Below, piece after piece: positions 37,032 to 50,103 of a DNA stretch of 51,895 nucleotides; within the stretch, counting starts at the first letter, position 1, and every line of letters begins with the position of its first letter. Source of the stretch: Atractiella rhizophila. Its lineage: Eukaryota. The notes under the pieces were generated by a model. That model worked only from the letters and a program-made list of their open reading frames with translations, did not search any database and was not told the DNA's origin. The translations under genes were made by a program, and so were the position numbers. The stretch covers positions 1 through 51,895 of the forward strand of contig MU271249.1 of the NCBI GenBank assembly GCA_021432655.1. Reading direction: 5' to 3'.

Positions 37032-38435
37032 TCATTCATCGTTGACTTTGCCGTAGACCCGCTCGATACAAACGGACGACCATGAATCGAGCTTTTCCAT
37101 TCCCCAGAGCACATTTAGTTGAATGTTCTCCGGGTCTCGTTTGATGTTCAGATCTGAAAGTCTTTGTATTGTCCCGTTATATCGGCATTCGAGAGTCTGT
37201 ATTGCCAGCCTGGTCGCTGAAGCACAAACATGCAATGGTTGATACCACGTCACGTTTGCACCTTGGCGTCTTGAATTTCTATGATCCAGCCGATTTGGTA
37301 TCCCTGTGACAAAAGAGCAATACACTTTTGAAACATCTGACAATCAGAGGAACGTCGATAGATATGAAATGAAAGGACGAACCTGCAATCCCCCTCAGAT
37401 CTGGTGAACCAAAGGTCAAGTCTCCACCTCTTTGACAGAGGTCAGCAACATGTAGGGGGGCTAGGTATGCTTCGAAGGTCGAGGGAACATCCATAAACAT
37501 GCCGCCGAACTCAACAAAAGACAAGGAGCGCAACCTCCCGATAGAAGTACGATTCGTGGGCACTCTATACCCTTCGAACGTTTCGTTTTGAGATATGTTT
37601 CGAGAATCCATCATGATCAGGTTCAAACGAGTGGCAGCTGCAAATGCATGTTCCCACAGGGTTCCTTTCTGTCCTTCCCCATAGTCCGCAAAGTTCGGGG
37701 CTGCGTTCGTCCTGCCTCGTCATTAGTTTGATTAGACAGAAGAAGAAGAAAAGAGGATACAGATTGTAAAACCCTCCATGATCTACGATATCCAACGTGG
37801 TAAGCCACGTATAGTACTTATCAGCGGTCGTGTATTCGAAGGTAAGTTTCGTATTGACGCATACAGTGACCTCCAATTCCCTCATTTCAACAGAAGCTCA
37901 TACAAAACAAAAGGGGCGTACCGGCTCAATCCAAAGAACATCTTGCTTCCAACTCGCTCCGTCGTTATCTATTGTTGGTAAGGTATTGTTCAATAAACCG
38001 ATTCTGGATGTTCCCCCACATCAACAACGGCCCCTTAACCATCACCAATGAGTCTAAAAGAAAAAGACGATCTAGAACCTCGCCTTCAATCCCAAAAATA
38101 CCTTCTCTGAGGTGAATGTGTCCATTTGTGCCATATAGCCTACAGAAAATTCCATCACCGTATTATTCTTTGTAAACCTGTTATAAAGCTATTGAGGCGT
38201 CAGACAGGAAACAGAAATCAAGGTATAAAAATTTACTTGCGGAACTGCATGGTCAACGTGGAGTACTTGATGAGAACTTGCTCGTGATATTCGACGGGAT
38301 GATGCCACTGTGGATATCTTGTCCAGGACAGGATTGATAATCTGCAGTTGAATATCCAAAGACTCCGCAATACCGTCCACTACGGTAGGCATCTCTCGGA
38401 CTCATTGATTTTCCTACGTTGCTGTCAGCCATCAC
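37032..38435 (-). other. Fragmented hypothetical gene (possibly F-box-like N-terminus)
   Basis: Chain of minus-strand ORFs with intron-like gaps; SLDIQLQIINPV is only weakly F-box-like. Confidence 0.2.
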
Positions 38436-39710
38436 ATACCTTGTGCGGACCGTCTGATGAGGGCTTTCTTTCCTGCCTGTATCGAGGCCGAGCGGAGTAA
38501 TGACACCTGTTTGACAGGTTTACACGCCAAAAGTGAGAACAGCAATATTCCAAGTGGAGGATGTGAAATCAAAAGGCTAATTCGTCTCCAACCAAAAGCC
38601 TTGTGACGGAGAAGGCAAACGTGCGTGGTAGAAGTGGAATAACGAAGTCAGTGGCTTCCACATGGATTCTGATGCTCTCTAATGCCACGGCCCGACTTAT
38701 GCAGCGAACATGAAAAACCAGGTGAACCACCATCCGAATTGCGCTTGAATCTTCTGTACGTTGCCCGCAGGTGCATCAGCATCTGGTTTCAATGACACAA
38801 TGTGTCTCTCCCGGATTCCGACTCTTTTCCGCCTCCCATCAGGTCCCTCTGCTTCCTCCGACTTGCTTTCAGTCACAAATTTGAACCAATATCCAACGTC
38901 CATTTTGATGCGGCCGACGTTCCAAATATTTGTGAGAAAACTATGGAGCGCATGCAGCTGCAGCGAAAGATCTTCTGGAGGAGTGGGGAACAAACTCACG
39001 AGCTGCAGCCTTCAAGTTTGGAAGTGCTGATAGCGGTATGTATTGAATGTTCTTTTTAAATACACGAGTTAATGATGACACAGTGAACCCAAAGCCGGAG
39101 CTTCTCCTGCCTCAGGATGTCTTGCACCATGTCATCGCTCCACAAAGCTCCCTAACCTCTTCAACGGTCAGCAGGCACCCCTGGAGACTGATGTACCAGG
39201 AGATAGATTTTGTATTATACGAGGTCAGTCATTTGTCTTCTCTCTATGGATTTGGCGCTGATAATGTCTTCGCAAGACAAGACTCCGAGGAAGCATTGCA
39301 CAAACACTTCGAGTTGACAACATTTGGGAAGTCAAATGCTCCTGAGGTTTCATCTGATGAATTTGCATTGGCTCACACTGCCCTATGAATACAGTCTCGT
39401 CTCAAGCTCCCCTTGCGGCATTGTCGGCCAATGCTTTGGCAAGACATTTCGCGGCCACCAGATGGTCTCGTTATCCTCAACAAGGCCTGTCCTTTCTTCC
39501 TTGATTTTGCCTTCTTCGGTTTGATGTTTGTTGACAGTGAGGCTATGAATCACCGAAAGTCATTGGTGAAATGTCAATTGAAGAGTAAAAAGGATTCCTG
39601 GACTAAGGGTAGCGAAGGCTCTGGTGAAAGGAAGGACGGTAGTCCACCACCGTCTAATCTGGTTAAATTAAAGTCAAAATCGCAATACAGGTTATTACAT
39701 ATCTTAATAT

Positions 39711-42700
39711 TACACATTTGAGGTTGCAAGCGCACTGAGAACTGCCGTCATGGTTCTTTCAACAATCATAAGAAGTGTACCCTATTTCCCTATGAGCTAT
39801 TGCCAACTACCAATGAACACACGCACCCGATTCTTGACATTAGCGAAGACCTTCCCACCAAGCTGTGTGACTAAAGCGTGAAGGCTTTCATCTGGCAAGC
39901 TGTCTGCTTCAAATCCAGGTTGGAAACAAGGTAACCTCAGCAGAGCAGTCGATGGACGAGCAAGACTTTCCCTCACGTTCTTTTGGACGATCTTCGACTC
40001 TTGATGCTTTCTGATACCTTCAAGGACAATAGCTTTCCGGTTGAGTTTGGGAATAGATGGGAGAAACTTTTGGAGGAGAGCACTGTTCCGAATGACATGG
40101 GTATTCAGGAGGAAAAGGTGTTTGTTTGTTGGTTCGGTTCTATGTCGAATTGTCCGCCTCGTTTGCTCTGTCGTCTTCCGTTCCTGACGGACCGCATCAA
40201 ATCCATCGTCTGTGCACCCTGCAATCTGGCAGGCATGTTGAACGTTGACGACAGCTCTTATTGTGTCCTGTCACCAAGTTCAATCCGAAATCTTTGGAAA
40301 CAGCATGTACTTACAGTTGAATCGAGCTTTGATAAGTCTGCAGCAGGCAATAAGAGGGGAAGCTGGAAGTGTTTATACCAAGAACCTATGAAGTTGAGTC
40401 GGCGACCATATACTTGGAGTTCTGGGGAATTGACTGCAGTGGAATCGGCAGCTTGGAGAAGAAGCATTTGTTCGATTTGAAAGATGTAAGGATGCTGGGA
40501 CGTGGGGCTATGACAACTCATCATGAAACAGTTCAGAGGGACTGCACCTGTTCCTGCTGCTCCACCAGTACAAATGTATCCTTTCGGGCCTCCTCTTCAG
40601 AATCTGTAATGATGGAACGCACTTGGACATGCGTGATGTCACGGAAGTTGTGGCCATCAGAGGATAGAGGAAGAGAAGGCTGGAGCTTGTGGAGGATGGT
40701 GTCGGCCGCAGATATATGTAACCGCGATCGAGTTTCGAGCTGCCAACTCCCTGTCCAGCCACATCAACTGCCCCCACTCTAGACAACAGTTTAGAAGAAC
40801 GACAGACCTGGAATCTTGCGGGTGCTGGTATTGGGCTGAGACCATGCAGGAGGAAGTGTAAGACCTAGCATTTGATGATAGGATTGGTCATGCATAATGG
40901 CGCGGACCTTTGAAGAGGCGCAAACCCATTCACCAGTCACTTTGTCCTTCCAGAAGCCGCCACTGAAAATGTGTCGAACTCGATCGTAGCCACTAAATGA
41001 GGCAGCAATATCGACTCCAGGAGCTTGGTGATTAGAGAATACCGACCGAAGGCGACTGATGCCATTATAACTTTCGAACTTTTCAGTGGCATAGTTGATG
41101 GGGACACCAAAGCGACGGACATTGTCTGTGAGATGGACAAGGAGGTGGAACTTCCGTTTGTTGAACCACTGAGTGGTCAAGAAGGCTGTTGAATCCAAAA
41201 AGAAGGCAATGGCGGCTTCCAAATCCTTCTAGTAATATCATGTATAATTTCGTGCGATTAAAAGCACAAGATTACGAACCAAATACTCGTCCTTCCCTGT
41301 GACCTTCGGACGCCATACTAGAGATCCAAGGCGACCGAGGGCAACCCATATTGACAGAAATGTGTCATCCAAAATGCCGTCAAGTGCGAAAAGTGCAATC
41401 TGCATAATAATCTTGAAGTCTTTACCGACAAGACTATGTGCGTAGTCGATAAGTTGTGATCCAGAGAATCGAGAGGTTTGAAAACCAGAAACGTTGAGTG
41501 AATCCAAACGTCGAACTGCAAGAGCTTTCTGTGCAGGAGAGAGCCGCTTCACGTTATCACGCCATAAATATTTGGTAAAGCCAAGAAGAATTCCGTGAAG
41601 GATTTCAAATGGTGTGTCTCTATGAAAATCGAAGTTGAGACCTAAGAGTTGAAATGCAGGGTTGTGCTGGAACTGTTGCTTTCCATGTGCATCCAGAACA
41701 TTGCAGATTTCAGCCTCTAGTTCTTCATTGGATCCATGAAAGTCTTTGCGAAGTTGAAGAAGTTGGTCAATAAAAAATGAGGTAAAGGAATCCTTGACTC
41801 CAGTGGCAGTTCGTTCTTGATCAACCTGATTCTTGGGAAGTGTGGGATCTGCTGCAATGGCTAAGGATTTCTGGAGGGATGCAAGTGTTTCCAATGGGTG
41901 ACGTGGATTGCCGCACTAAGAAGGTGTTAGGGGAGGCTACTCATGACCTGCAAGACCAGACACACCGTCATAAAATGGTGAATGTGTTCCTCCGTTTCTT
42001 CATCTGCTTTTGAAGCAGCCCCAACCTTGCAGACTCGGCAGAATTTCAGAGAAGCCAATCCGCCGATCGAACAAAATTCAGATTGCATAGGATTGTCTCC
42101 CTCGAAGAGGAGAGGAAGTGGGCGAAAAACAATTTCTTCCCCTGTGAGACCATCATATGCAATGACAGGTTCCTTCCACGCATCACTGCAGCCCACACAT
42201 TAGTCACCACCAGCTCTGCTTGCTGATGAAGCTTCATACTTACAGAATTTGTGTTACGACGCCTTCCAGCAACTCCAGCACCGATCCGACATTTGTGGTT
42301 CCCAGAAATTGGATGCAAAACTCCTGTTGCTGCAATTTGTTGGGCAATCCTTCTCATCTGATCAGGTCATGCACATTGTCGAAGAGGTAACGCACCGGCT
42401 AATGTCATGAGGAATGATTGGTGTTTGTTCCATTTTTTGGAGCGGTTACCAGAGGTATCATCAGCATACAGCACAATAGGAACCGTTACGACGCGCCGAC
42501 CCTTGCAAGATTGGCGAAGGCTCGAAATTGGCCGCCATTCTTCTGGTGTCTGTGTCAGGATTCCCGCCAAATCAATGCTCCCTATAAGTCAAAATTGAGA
42601 GCTAGCTTTGGAACAAAGATTGTAATGGACCATTCACCTTTAATGAGGTAGGCACTTGGTGCTTTGGCTTCTAAAGCCGGCCCGTTGAGCTCAAAATCTT

Positions 42701-43986
42701 GAATGGGAACTGTTATTCCCTGCCTTTGATCAATGACAAACCCTCTCAATTGCTCATTCCACTGCACTGCGTAAGCACAGCAGTGAACTGTTCCGCTCCT
42801 CATGAACCAGCGCGAGACCAAGCAATATCTCCCGCTCTTCAGTCGGATGACCTCGTCCACAAAGTACTGTTTGCCCCCGACCACAACACAAGACGTAAGA
42901 AGGCGAGCATTTACTTCTTTCGCCCACTTTTCGCCTTGGTAGAGCTCTTGCAGTGTGTCAGGGGTATCTTCGGGAAGAAATGTAAGATGCTTTCGAATCA
43001 GGGGATTGGCAATTGACTGTTTCCCACTCAAAGTTATTTAGCAACAATATGATTCTTGAAACGTACCTCTGCGATCATAATATTGAGGTCATTCACATAC
43101 ACCAGGTTCCCCCTATGACCTCGGTACTCATGCGTACAAGCTCCCACTCCAACATCCTTCATCTTCTCCGCAAACAACTTCATCTGCTCCTTCGACGGTA
43201 GTTCAGCTTTAAAAAGAGATTTCTCTGGCCCAAGTTCTGGTATCATCTTCCAAAGAAGTTTGCGAAGAGATTCTGGAATCTTATGTCGCAAGAGGTTGAG
43301 GAGGAGATCACAGAATGCATGCTGTGACTTTGATTAGAGAGCTGAAACTTGATATGAAGTAGATATACTTGTTTATTCTTGTAAGGAAACCACTCGTTAG
43401 ATTCCTCTGAGATTAGAATTTGCATGCCATTCCGTTCAATTATAACATCTAGGAGACTCCTGAATAAGGCACCAATAAAAGTGTATAAAATAACACACCT
43501 GCCTCTTCGTCTTCTGATGAAAGGGTCTCGTCCTCTTCTCCATCAACTTCCTCCCTATCAAACTCTTCATCTGAGTGGTCCAGGATGTATTTTGCACGCA
43601 GATACTCTTCATGTGCAAGCTTAAGCCGATTTCCTTCGTCATCCTCCTTCAACCTGCATTACAATACACCCATGGAAAACATTCTCTCCCCCCTGAACGA
43701 TGGACGAGTTCTGAATAAAAACATCCGGCAGAGAATCTCCTTGTTGCCCATACTGTGGCCGCATAGAAACAGGAACTCGAGTATTTTGATAAGCTGCAGC
43801 AAATGCATCTTCTTGAAAAGTTGACTCCTGTTCAACTGTTGTATCAAACCCTGCTTTTCTTTCTTGATGAACCGTACGTCGCTCATGTCGAACAGTATCT
43901 GATGGTTTGGAGAATATGATATCTGGACAGAATTGGCAACGGCGCCCATCAGGGAGGAGACAGAAATCCGGGCTAATACTAGACAT
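39711..43986 (-). CDS. Large spliced CMC/EnSpm-related fungal transposase (DDTSGN..KKWNKH type) with N-terminal C2H2 finger, apparently intact
   Basis: CQFCPDIIFSKPSDTVRHERRTVH; EWFPY; LQELYQGEKW; PIVLYADDTSGNRSKKWNKH; GDNPMQSEFCS..CRVC; HRDTPFEILHGILLG; KFHLLVHL..RRFG..ATEKFESYN; VNVQHAC. The exon junctions I checked stay in frame. Superfamily assignment is inference. Confidence 0.8.
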
Positions 43987-44964
43987 TCTGGAATTTCGCT
44001 GGGAATGGATCTGACCAAGTGATTGTTGAAGCAGCAAGGATTGGTCAATGCATGCTGTTGGGATGCTCTTAAAGAACGGAGAGCCCACAAGGTCAACCGG
44101 CTCTTTGGCTTCTGAGACCAGTTCACCCAATGTGCAGACCTCCACAAATCGGTTCATCTGAGACTTTTTTATGAAAGCCCTGTTTCAAGCCTGACGAGGT
44201 TCAGATCCCGTCTGATCATGGAGACACAGGTCCGTTCTTGCAACATTTTGCAGTGTCTCGGAAGAAACACCACACACAAATTTGAGCATTGTTTATCAAC
44301 TCACCCTCAAGAATCCCATTCAAACTCATGAGACCACCCTCAGTTCTTTAATTCCAACATATTATAAATTCATCCGGTTGTCACGGTTCAAGTTGATCGT
44401 GGTTGAAAACTCTTACGTGCACTCAAACGCGCGGGAGCTGCCTTCAGGAGCCAGAAAATCAAAATTCAAAACGCAACGACTCTGCTCAGATTTCGACCTC
44501 GTTTCTTCTGGGTGATCCCGTCATTTTGTGTCCCCTCTTGCTCTTCTCCAGGTCCACATGTGGCCAGTTGACAGTCAGGACAAGAATGACATGGTTCCGC
44601 TGAATCGATCAAGTGCCGCAAGCATATAAAAGGACACCACAGAGCTTTGAAAACTTCTCAACCAAAAAGGATCAATCCGGACCTACTTGCCATTGAATAT
44701 TGGGTTCGTAGTTTCTTCTCGCTCTCTTGGATTCAACACTCAAGCCGTTTATGCCAGAGACGCCAAAATCTATTGGGCTTTAGGAACCCATATTCAGCGG
44801 AGCTCAGTTCGTCGGGACCCAATTACACCACGACCTCTCCTCCTCAACTGACTGATCCTGCTCATGATCCATTTGCACAACAGCGGCAGAATCAACGTGA
44901 AGCTGCGAATGCAGGGGAGCGAGACCTTAGGCATCGACCTGTTGGTCCACCGGGATCACCCACA

Positions 44965-46053
44965 ATGACAAGTAGCAGGGAAATGACCTTCTCAGAATTC
45001 CGCACTGCAGTAGAAGCGCTTATCGCTGGCCGACCTGGGTTAGAGCAAAGTGATCTTCCAAATTTGTTGAGGTTTGGCGTGGTAAGTTCCTTTATACGAA
45101 GATGAACATTGCGAATGTGGGTTGTGTTGAATATGGAATAGGCACATGAAGCACTGCAGAAGGTGGAGCTCAAAGCGGATCTCCTGCTCATTGCGCGCGA
45201 GGTGAGACAGCACCAGCAAGCACTTGTGAAACAATGGCACATCAGTAAGGAAATGAAGGTGTGTCTATGTTCTCCCAGTAGCTGATACTTAATTGACCGC
45301 AGGACTATCTTCGCCGACTCGTTTCTGAGCTTCTCCGAGCGCATAATCCATTCGCATACAAAGCGAAGTTTGGTGATCGGGCCAGGGTGTGGATTTTCTC
45401 TTTCCACTCTCCTTCTCTTCTGATGCCACAATAGAAATACATTGAGAAGGTAGAGCGCGATGTAGGAACCAACATCTTTGCCGCAGCATGGACCTTGGAT
45501 CCCATCATGAAGGCCACGCTAATGAAGGAAATCGAATACGAAGCTGGGCAGGAACGTTCTGATCTTAAGAGCAAGGCGAGTTTTTGTCTTTAATGCCTGC
45601 TGATTTGACACATAGCCCAGCTTGACGAAGGTATAAAGAAGGAATGGGACATCGTTAGGCTGACAGTGACAATCATCCATGAACTCAACATCCTACCTAG
45701 TGCTGCCCTTCAACCGCGGATCGCTTTCCTTGTAAGTGCTTGCCTTATCACGCCTCTTAAAGGGTGAGAGTTTTATCTAGCGGTCGTTCTTAGCTGGGCA
45801 GCACGGTCCTTTTACGCAAAAGGATTTCTGGAACAAGGTCGATGTGGAGTTGAATGACATCCGTAAAGGTGGGCCAGCGGAAGTGGACGCGTATGTTTCT
45901 CTACCTCTTGCATTGCATTCACATCGAGATCACAGACTTGTCGGTAACAGATTCTATTCCAAGTGGTTCAATTGGGATATACAAAAGTGGCCAGTTCAGC
46001 CGGAGTCTCAAGATGCTTTGCGCGACGTCGAGGCTTTGTCAGTTGGTCTTTAA
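44965..46053 (+). CDS. Multi-exon accessory protein, divergent partner of the transposase
   Basis: TATAAAAG at about 44625; exons joined across GT/GC-AG introns of about 50 nt; motif PRIAFL-RSFL..DFWNKVDVELNDIR, which I recall from basidiomycete TE accessory ORFs. Start and stop approximate. Confidence 0.6.
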
Positions 46054-47067
46054 AGGTGCGTTTTCTATCCCGAATTGGGCTTATTGTAACTTGGTTGTGA
46101 CATGCTACGCAGGCTGACATGTCTGGAACTTCGGCTACTTGTGCACACTCATTCGAATCTCCAACCAAGTCAACCAACTCTTCCTTTTATGCATCGTCTA
46201 CCAATGGACATCAACAGAGCTGATTGTTTGGAATGTTCTTTCGCTATATGAACCTGCAATGCATACACGTTGGTCTATCCTTTGCTTCCCGCTCTGTACA
46301 AGTGCTAGCTACGCTGGTGAGGAGCAAGAGCTGCTATTACCGATGGATTCAAGGAGCAGGACGGGTATGTGAAACCCGGCACATGGCTGATAAGTGAACG
46401 GGGCTTGCATACGATGTGCCATTCGTATAACTTTTTTGATTCTCCGTTGTACATTGACGCTGCCGAATGCCGGGATTACTTGCTTAGCAAGTGAGTAAAA
46501 TCTGAAATGATATTGCACCAGATACAATTCTAAGTGAGCCTTAAGATGGGAATCCTTATTCGGCGTTCGCACCTGCTGGACATGTGCCAGTGATTCACTT
46601 TCAAATGCTCCACCACAACCAAAAAACGTGTAAAATCCACGTCCCCAGGACGTGCGGTCAAGTTAGCAGTGTACTCTTATTGTAGGGTTCCCGAAAAGGC
46701 AGCAAGTAGGGATGATTATTATTTTGCAGATTAATTGGAATAATGATTTGTAACAATGCATGATGGAAGACTTGCAGCACATTTGGCCTGTCATTCTCAC
46801 TTTTCTTGACTCAAAATTCACCAAATTTGACCCAAAAAAATTGGCAAAAAATTTCGGACCTCCGCAGCACTATGAGTCATACTGCGTATTTTAGGTTGGG
46901 ACTAGGCATCCTGCACCATAGGAAAGAATCCGAATTTGACACTTAATTTGACGTCATTTCCTCAACAAGCTCAACCTTAACAAGGTCCAACGGATCCTCA
47001 ACCGACATCAGCTTATTCACCACATTCGTCTGCATCTGCGGGTTTTGACCAAACACAGTTCTTCCCT

Positions 47068-50000
47068 ATGGCACCATCGACGACTGCTTTACCACTCGAA
47101 CGAACGGACGCTGCGATTGCGGACGAACAAACTAATGTTACCGGTGATTTCGAGATGCCTCCGCCAGTGTTCGGACCTGTTACTGCTGATGCTTTGGATT
47201 CTGCAGTCGAACAGGCGAGAAGTGGAAGATTAGTATTAGAGTTGAGTTTGGATGAACAGGTGCTTCAGTATGTGTCTGCGACCTGGTTTGAGATAACTGG
47301 GTACATGTTTTTTTTCTTTCGTTTTTGCTTTTTGGTATTGATTAGATTTACAGGTTGGATCCTGACGTGTGCATTGGACGTCCGATCTTTGATTTCCTTT
47401 ACGAAGGCGATAAACACGTCTTCCAGCAAGCCACACGAGCGCTCGAAAAGGACGATTCTCGCACCGTCGAAGCTCACTTTCGCATTATCTTCAAAGCTGA
47501 GACAGAGAACGATGATTTGGAGACAGCGGACGCTACTTTGTTTGCGATGTTGGAAGGGATGGGTATGCTTATGCATGATCGTATTTCAGGTAATAATTCG
47601 CATACCATGTGGGTTGTACGAGAGTGTGGCCAGAAGAAGCTTTTACCGACTGGAGGATGTACTCGAACACCTTCGCGCCGTCCATTAAGCTTCGTCGCAC
47701 CCTCCTTCGACCTCACTCACTTCCCTCCTGGTACTGTTTTATGTCGAATCTGCGAACGTCAAATACCAGCATATTTCTTCGAAAGGCATAACGAGACGTG
47801 CAGCCAGAATAGTCAGACTATTATCTACGGGGAACGTATTCGACAGGAATGGGAAGCAATGGTCAAGAACTACACCTCTGAAATCTCTCAGCCCCCAACA
47901 AGGCCTCCATCAACTCCATTATTCGCTTCCGGTACTGTTACTGCTCATCCCGCTTCCCCATTTTACAATCAACAAAAGTACACTTCTCCAGCATTAAACG
48001 AACCGAGTCGTGTCAGTGGACCCTCTCCTATTTCTCTCCCACTACCCCACGTGCCTTCACCAGCCACCTCTCCTGTTCAGCCAGTGTTTTCCATGGTAGG
48101 TACCCCCCTAACTGTACCACTTTCGCTCCGCATACCCCACATTCCTGCAACAAGATCGAAAGCATCATCGATCAAGGATTTCGAAGTGATCAAACCGATT
48201 TCGAAAGGAGCGTTTGGAAGCGTGTATCTTGCTAGGAAGAAAATTACAGGCGATTACTATGCGATCAAGGTGCTGAAGAAGTCAGACATGATCGCAAAGA
48301 ATCAAGTCACCAACGTCAAGGCAGAGCGGATGATCTTAATGAACCAGGCTGAATCCGACTTCGTGGCAAGGTTGTTTTACACTTTCCAAAGCAAGGATTA
48401 TTTGTACCTAGTGATGGAGTACGTGAACGGTGGAGATTGTGCTGCGTTTTTGAAGATGCTCGGTAGCTTCTCGGAGGAGTGGTCTCAGATTTATGTTGCT
48501 GAGATTACTTTGGGGTTGGGGTATCTTCATAATTCGGGTATCGTCCATAGGTTTCTTCCGTCTACATCTTGTTTGAGTTTTACTAATCCATTGCATAGGG
48601 ACCTGAAGCCAGATAACCTTCTCGTTGACTCCAAAGGACATCTCAAACTTACTGACTTTGGCCTCAGTCGAATCGGTTTACTGGGACGACAACCATGGAT
48701 TCACAGTGGTCTGTATCCTACGCGTGGGAAAGGGCGATATCACCACCCCAAGCAATCAAGATCAACCTCTATAAACCCCTCGAATCTTTCCACACCAAGC
48801 TCTGAGCCTGTTACAGCTGCAGGATCTATGGAATCGTACTTTAGCAATTTCCTAGCGATAGATGATTGCGCTGCCGCCACTGAACCAGAAAGCTCTGGGG
48901 CTGGAGGGCGGTCCGGCAGGAGGTCTGGGGGTAGATCAAAGACGACGAGCATTCCTCGAGTGTCGGACTGTCCGATTATTTCTTTCGTTGCAGGAATAAA
49001 CACAGCTTTTCGATCTCATCCGAACAATCCATCGCGGTCCAATACGTCGTCCAAACATGTCGTTGGAAGTCCAGATTATCTCCCTCCAGAGAGTATTTTA
49101 GGTATTTGTATAGACGAGGGTGTAGATTGGGTACCTTTCTGCTTTGCTCGGTGGCAAGACGTTTGCTGATTGAGGGTGATTCAGTGGGCGTTGGGGGTGA
49201 TCCTTTACGAGTTCGTTCACCATCTGTGGTCCAAGAGTTTAATTTACTGATATATTCTTCAGGTTCCTTTACGGCATACCTCCTTTCCATGCTGCAACTC
49301 CTGCGAAAGTCTTTGAAAAGATTTTGGCAGGTCGAATCGATTGGCATGAGGATGAGCTGGAGATTTCTAGCGAAGCGAAGGATCTAATGGAGCGACTTAT
49401 GTGTTCGGACACGAAACGACGGTTTGGGAAGAATGGCCCGGAGGAGGTTAAGGACCACCCATTCTTCAACGGTATTGATTGGGAAAATCTGCTCTCTCAA
49501 GAAGCACCATTCATTCCGAACGTCATGGATCCTGAGTCGACGGATTACTTTGACGCGAGAGGGGCTGTTGGAAAGCATTCTGATGATGAGGATGTTGGAG
49601 TTGTGAATCATATCGATACTGGTGAGCATATGCCGGTGGGAGACACTTCAATGAACCCGTCAGTCGCCAGATCAAAGAAACGTATGTCCAGAAGTATGCG
49701 AGCAGAGGCAGATCCAGGTTCAGCAACCGACTTTGGGACGTTTGATTACAAGAATTTCGTGGTCTTGAAACGGGCAAACGAGGATGTGATCACGAAGCTG
49801 CGTGCAGATCAGATGGTTGGATTGAGCGCAGCACTCAGTCAATCTCAACCCAATATTCCTCACCAACGACATTCTCAGCTCATCGGGAAGCAACCAACAT
49901 CCGGAAACGGTCCTCCATCCCCTTCAACCTCGACCTCCTCGATATCGTCCAATCCTGCGAAACCAGCCACACCTTCCTCAGTTCTGGCTGGCTCTTTTTC

Positions 50001-50103
50001 TCATTGCAGACCATCCGAACATATCAGACCTGTCGATCAAGTCAAACGCTCTGCAGCCCAATTTGATTCGTTATCAGATCATTCGCGCCGCTTGTGGGGG
50101 TAG
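47068..50103 (+). CDS. RIM15: Rim15/Cek1-like AGC kinase, shortened (PAS, C2HC finger, split kinase; no receiver domain)
   Basis: PAS LELSLD..YVSATWFEITG.DP; CRICERQIPAYFFERHNETC; SIKDFEVIKPISKGAFGSVYLA..NQVTNVKAERMIL; HRDLKPDN; DFGLS; GSPDYLPPE; DFGTFDYKN..LKRANEDVI. Introns at 47301-47353, 48551-48598, 49131-49184 and 49211-49262 give an open frame of about 940 aa. Confidence 0.88.

Noticed and set aside
38500..39700. Possible hydrolase-like fragment (IWWPRNVLP) and ORF 38697-38999
   Set aside because: Single weak motif interrupted by stops; cannot support a call.
46730..46960. A/T-tract-rich segment resembling a transposon end upstream of the RIM15-like gene
   Set aside because: No partner terminus or TSD found in the window.
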